A stretch of DNA of 49,113 bases. It comes from Candidatus Velthaea sp. Its GTDB lineage: Bacteria > Vulcanimicrobiota > Vulcanimicrobiia > Vulcanimicrobiales > Vulcanimicrobiaceae. Both the position numbers and the translations under genes were made by a program. This document shows positions 47,778-49,113 of this stretch, piece by piece; the first letter of the stretch is position 1; every line of letters starts with the position of its first letter. Location: assembly GCA_050012475.1 (NCBI GenBank), contig JBEKHC010000032.1, forward strand, positions 1 through 49,113, given 5' to 3'. Below the pieces are notes generated by a model. The model was not told where the DNA came from. It searched no databases and worked only from the letters and a program-made list of their open reading frames with translations.

Positions 47778-47801
47778 CAGAGATCGTCGAACAGCCAACT
47801 T

Positions 47802-49055
47802 GTGATCGAACCCCGTCAAATCGCCCCGGCGATCAAAAGCCCGGCGAACGTGCGAAACTTCTGCATCATCGCGCATATCGATCACGGGAAGACGACGCTC
47901 TCGGATCGCTTGCTTGAGGTCACCCGGACGATCGAGCAGCGTCAGATCGGCGAGCAGATGCTCGACGCGATGGACCTCGAACGCGAGCGCGGGATCACGA
48001 TCAAGATGCATCCCGTCACGCTCTCCTACATCGCGCAAGATGGGCAAACGTACGAACTCAACTTCATCGACACGCCGGGACACGTCGATTTCAGTTCGGA
48101 AGTCTCGCGCTCGCTCAAGGCCTGCGAAGGGGCATTGCTGGTGATCGACGCCGCGCAGGGCATCGAGGCCCAGACGCTGGCGAACTACCACCTCGCGCTG
48201 GACAGCAATCTGACGATCATCCCGGTCATCAACAAGATCGATTTGCCGGCCGCCGATCCCGAGAAGGTGAAGAAAGAGATCGAGGAACTGCTCATCATCG
48301 AGGGCAGCGACGCGATTCTGGCCAGCGCCAAAGAAGGCCTCGGCATCAGCGAGATTCTCGAAGCGATCGTGCATCGGATTCCGGCGCCGACCGGCCGCAC
48401 CGATCAATTGCGCGGCTTGGTGTTCGACGCGCAATTCGATCCGTATCGCGGCGTCGTGGCCTACGTGCGCGTCGTCGACGGCGCGCTCAAAGCGGGCTCG
48501 AAGTTCATGTCGATGGCGCACAAGCGCGTCTACGAAGCCAATGAAGTCGGCGTGTTCAAACCGGGGATGGTCAAGACCGGCGAACTCGAGGTCGGCAACG
48601 TCGGTTACGTGATCGCCAACATTCGGTCGCTGGGCGAGATGGATGTCGGCGACACGATCACCGAGGCGGCGAATCCCGCACTCGAACCGCTGCCCGGTTA
48701 TAAGCCGATCGTGCCGATGGTCTATTGCGGGCTCTATCCCAACGAAGGCGTCGAGGTATCCGACTTGCGCGACGCGCTCGAAAAGTTGGCGCTCAACGAT
48801 TCGGCGCTGCATTTCGAGCCCGAATCCTCGATTGCGTTAGGCTTCGGATTTCGCTGCGGATTCCTGGGTCTGCTGCACATGGAGATCGTGCAAGAGCGGC
48901 TCGAGCGCAACTACAATCTCGATCTGATCGCGACGTCGCCGTCGGTCGTCTTCCGCGTGACGCTCACCGACGGAACGGTGGCGACCATCGACAATCCGGC
49001 GAAGCTGCCGGCCCGCGACAAGATCGAAGTGATGGAGGTACCGTTAGTGGAATAG
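47802..49055 (+). CDS. lepA: Translation elongation factor 4, 3'-truncated in this sequence
   Basis: [54 protein letters not shown]; ends at 417 aa, lacking the C-terminal domain. Confidence 0.93.
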   Translation: MIEPRQIAPAIKSPANVRNFCIIAHIDHGKTTLSDRLLEVTRTIEQRQIGEQMLDAMDLERERGITIKMHPVTLSYIAQDGQTYELNFIDTPGHVDFSSEVSRSLKACEGALLVIDAAQGIEAQTLANYHLALDSNLTIIPVINKIDLPAADPEKVKKEIEELLIIEGSDAILASAKEGLGISEILEAIVHRIPAPTGRTDQLRGLVFDAQFDPYRGVVAYVRVVDGALKAGSKFMSMAHKRVYEANEVGVFKPGMVKTGELEVGNVGYVIANIRSLGEMDVGDTITEAANPALEPLPGYKPIVPMVYCGLYPNEGVEVSDLRDALEKLALNDSALHFEPESSIALGFGFRCGFLGLLHMEIVQERLERNYNLDLIATSPSVVFRVTLTDGTVATIDNPAKLPARDKIEVMEVPLVE

Positions 49056-49113
49056 AGTGTTTTATGGAATGAGTTTTATGTGTGGTGTATATTGGTGTTG
49101 TCGCAGTATCTTT

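Noticed and set aside
1..49113. Many long antisense or alternate-frame ORFs (e.g. 5811-7448, 35137-36975, 47514-48812)
   Set aside because: They shadow well-supported genes, are Arg/Ala-rich without motifs, and are expected in high-GC DNA
1..49113. CRISPR array, IS element, integrase or prophage
   Set aside because: No regularly spaced repeats and no transposase, recombinase or phage motifs were seen

Overview
High-GC, diderm bacterial chromosomal window (secretin and TonB-dependent receptor present). The gene style is reminiscent of Eremiobacterota/Vulcanimicrobiota, but that is an unverified impression. In order it contains: a decayed hybrid kinase-REC-PP2C-anti-sigma gene; a PHB-depolymerase-family esterase; an OmpR-type regulator with a soluble histidine kinase whose input domain looks like a degenerate GGDEF retaining an RxxD I-site; a tightly coupled 13-gene type IV pilus operon (pilB-pilT-pilC-sigF-like-pilin-ccdA-TPR-prepilin peptidase-pilMNOPQ) that unusually embeds an alternative sigma factor and a CcdA thiol-redox protein; yjbQ, pckA, a DmpA peptidase, a PAS-GAF-GGDEF cyclase, a TonB receptor, tRNA-Ser(GGA), aceA, GNAT, molbindin, solA, DUF429, a ferritin-like protein, cobC-cobT-cobS, aqpZ, DUF167, ppa, a BtuF-like protein, icd, an aminotransferase and an EgtB/OvoA-like sulfoxide synthase; a coupled ABC permease-M3 peptidase-ATPase-SGNH lipoprotein operon divergent from a LolA/DUF4412-like secreted protein; SRP RNA, DUF4446, M23 peptidase, yggT and a lepA that breaks down at the window end. 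No mobile element, integrase or CRISPR array was seen. All family calls come from motif recognition by eye; no searches were run.
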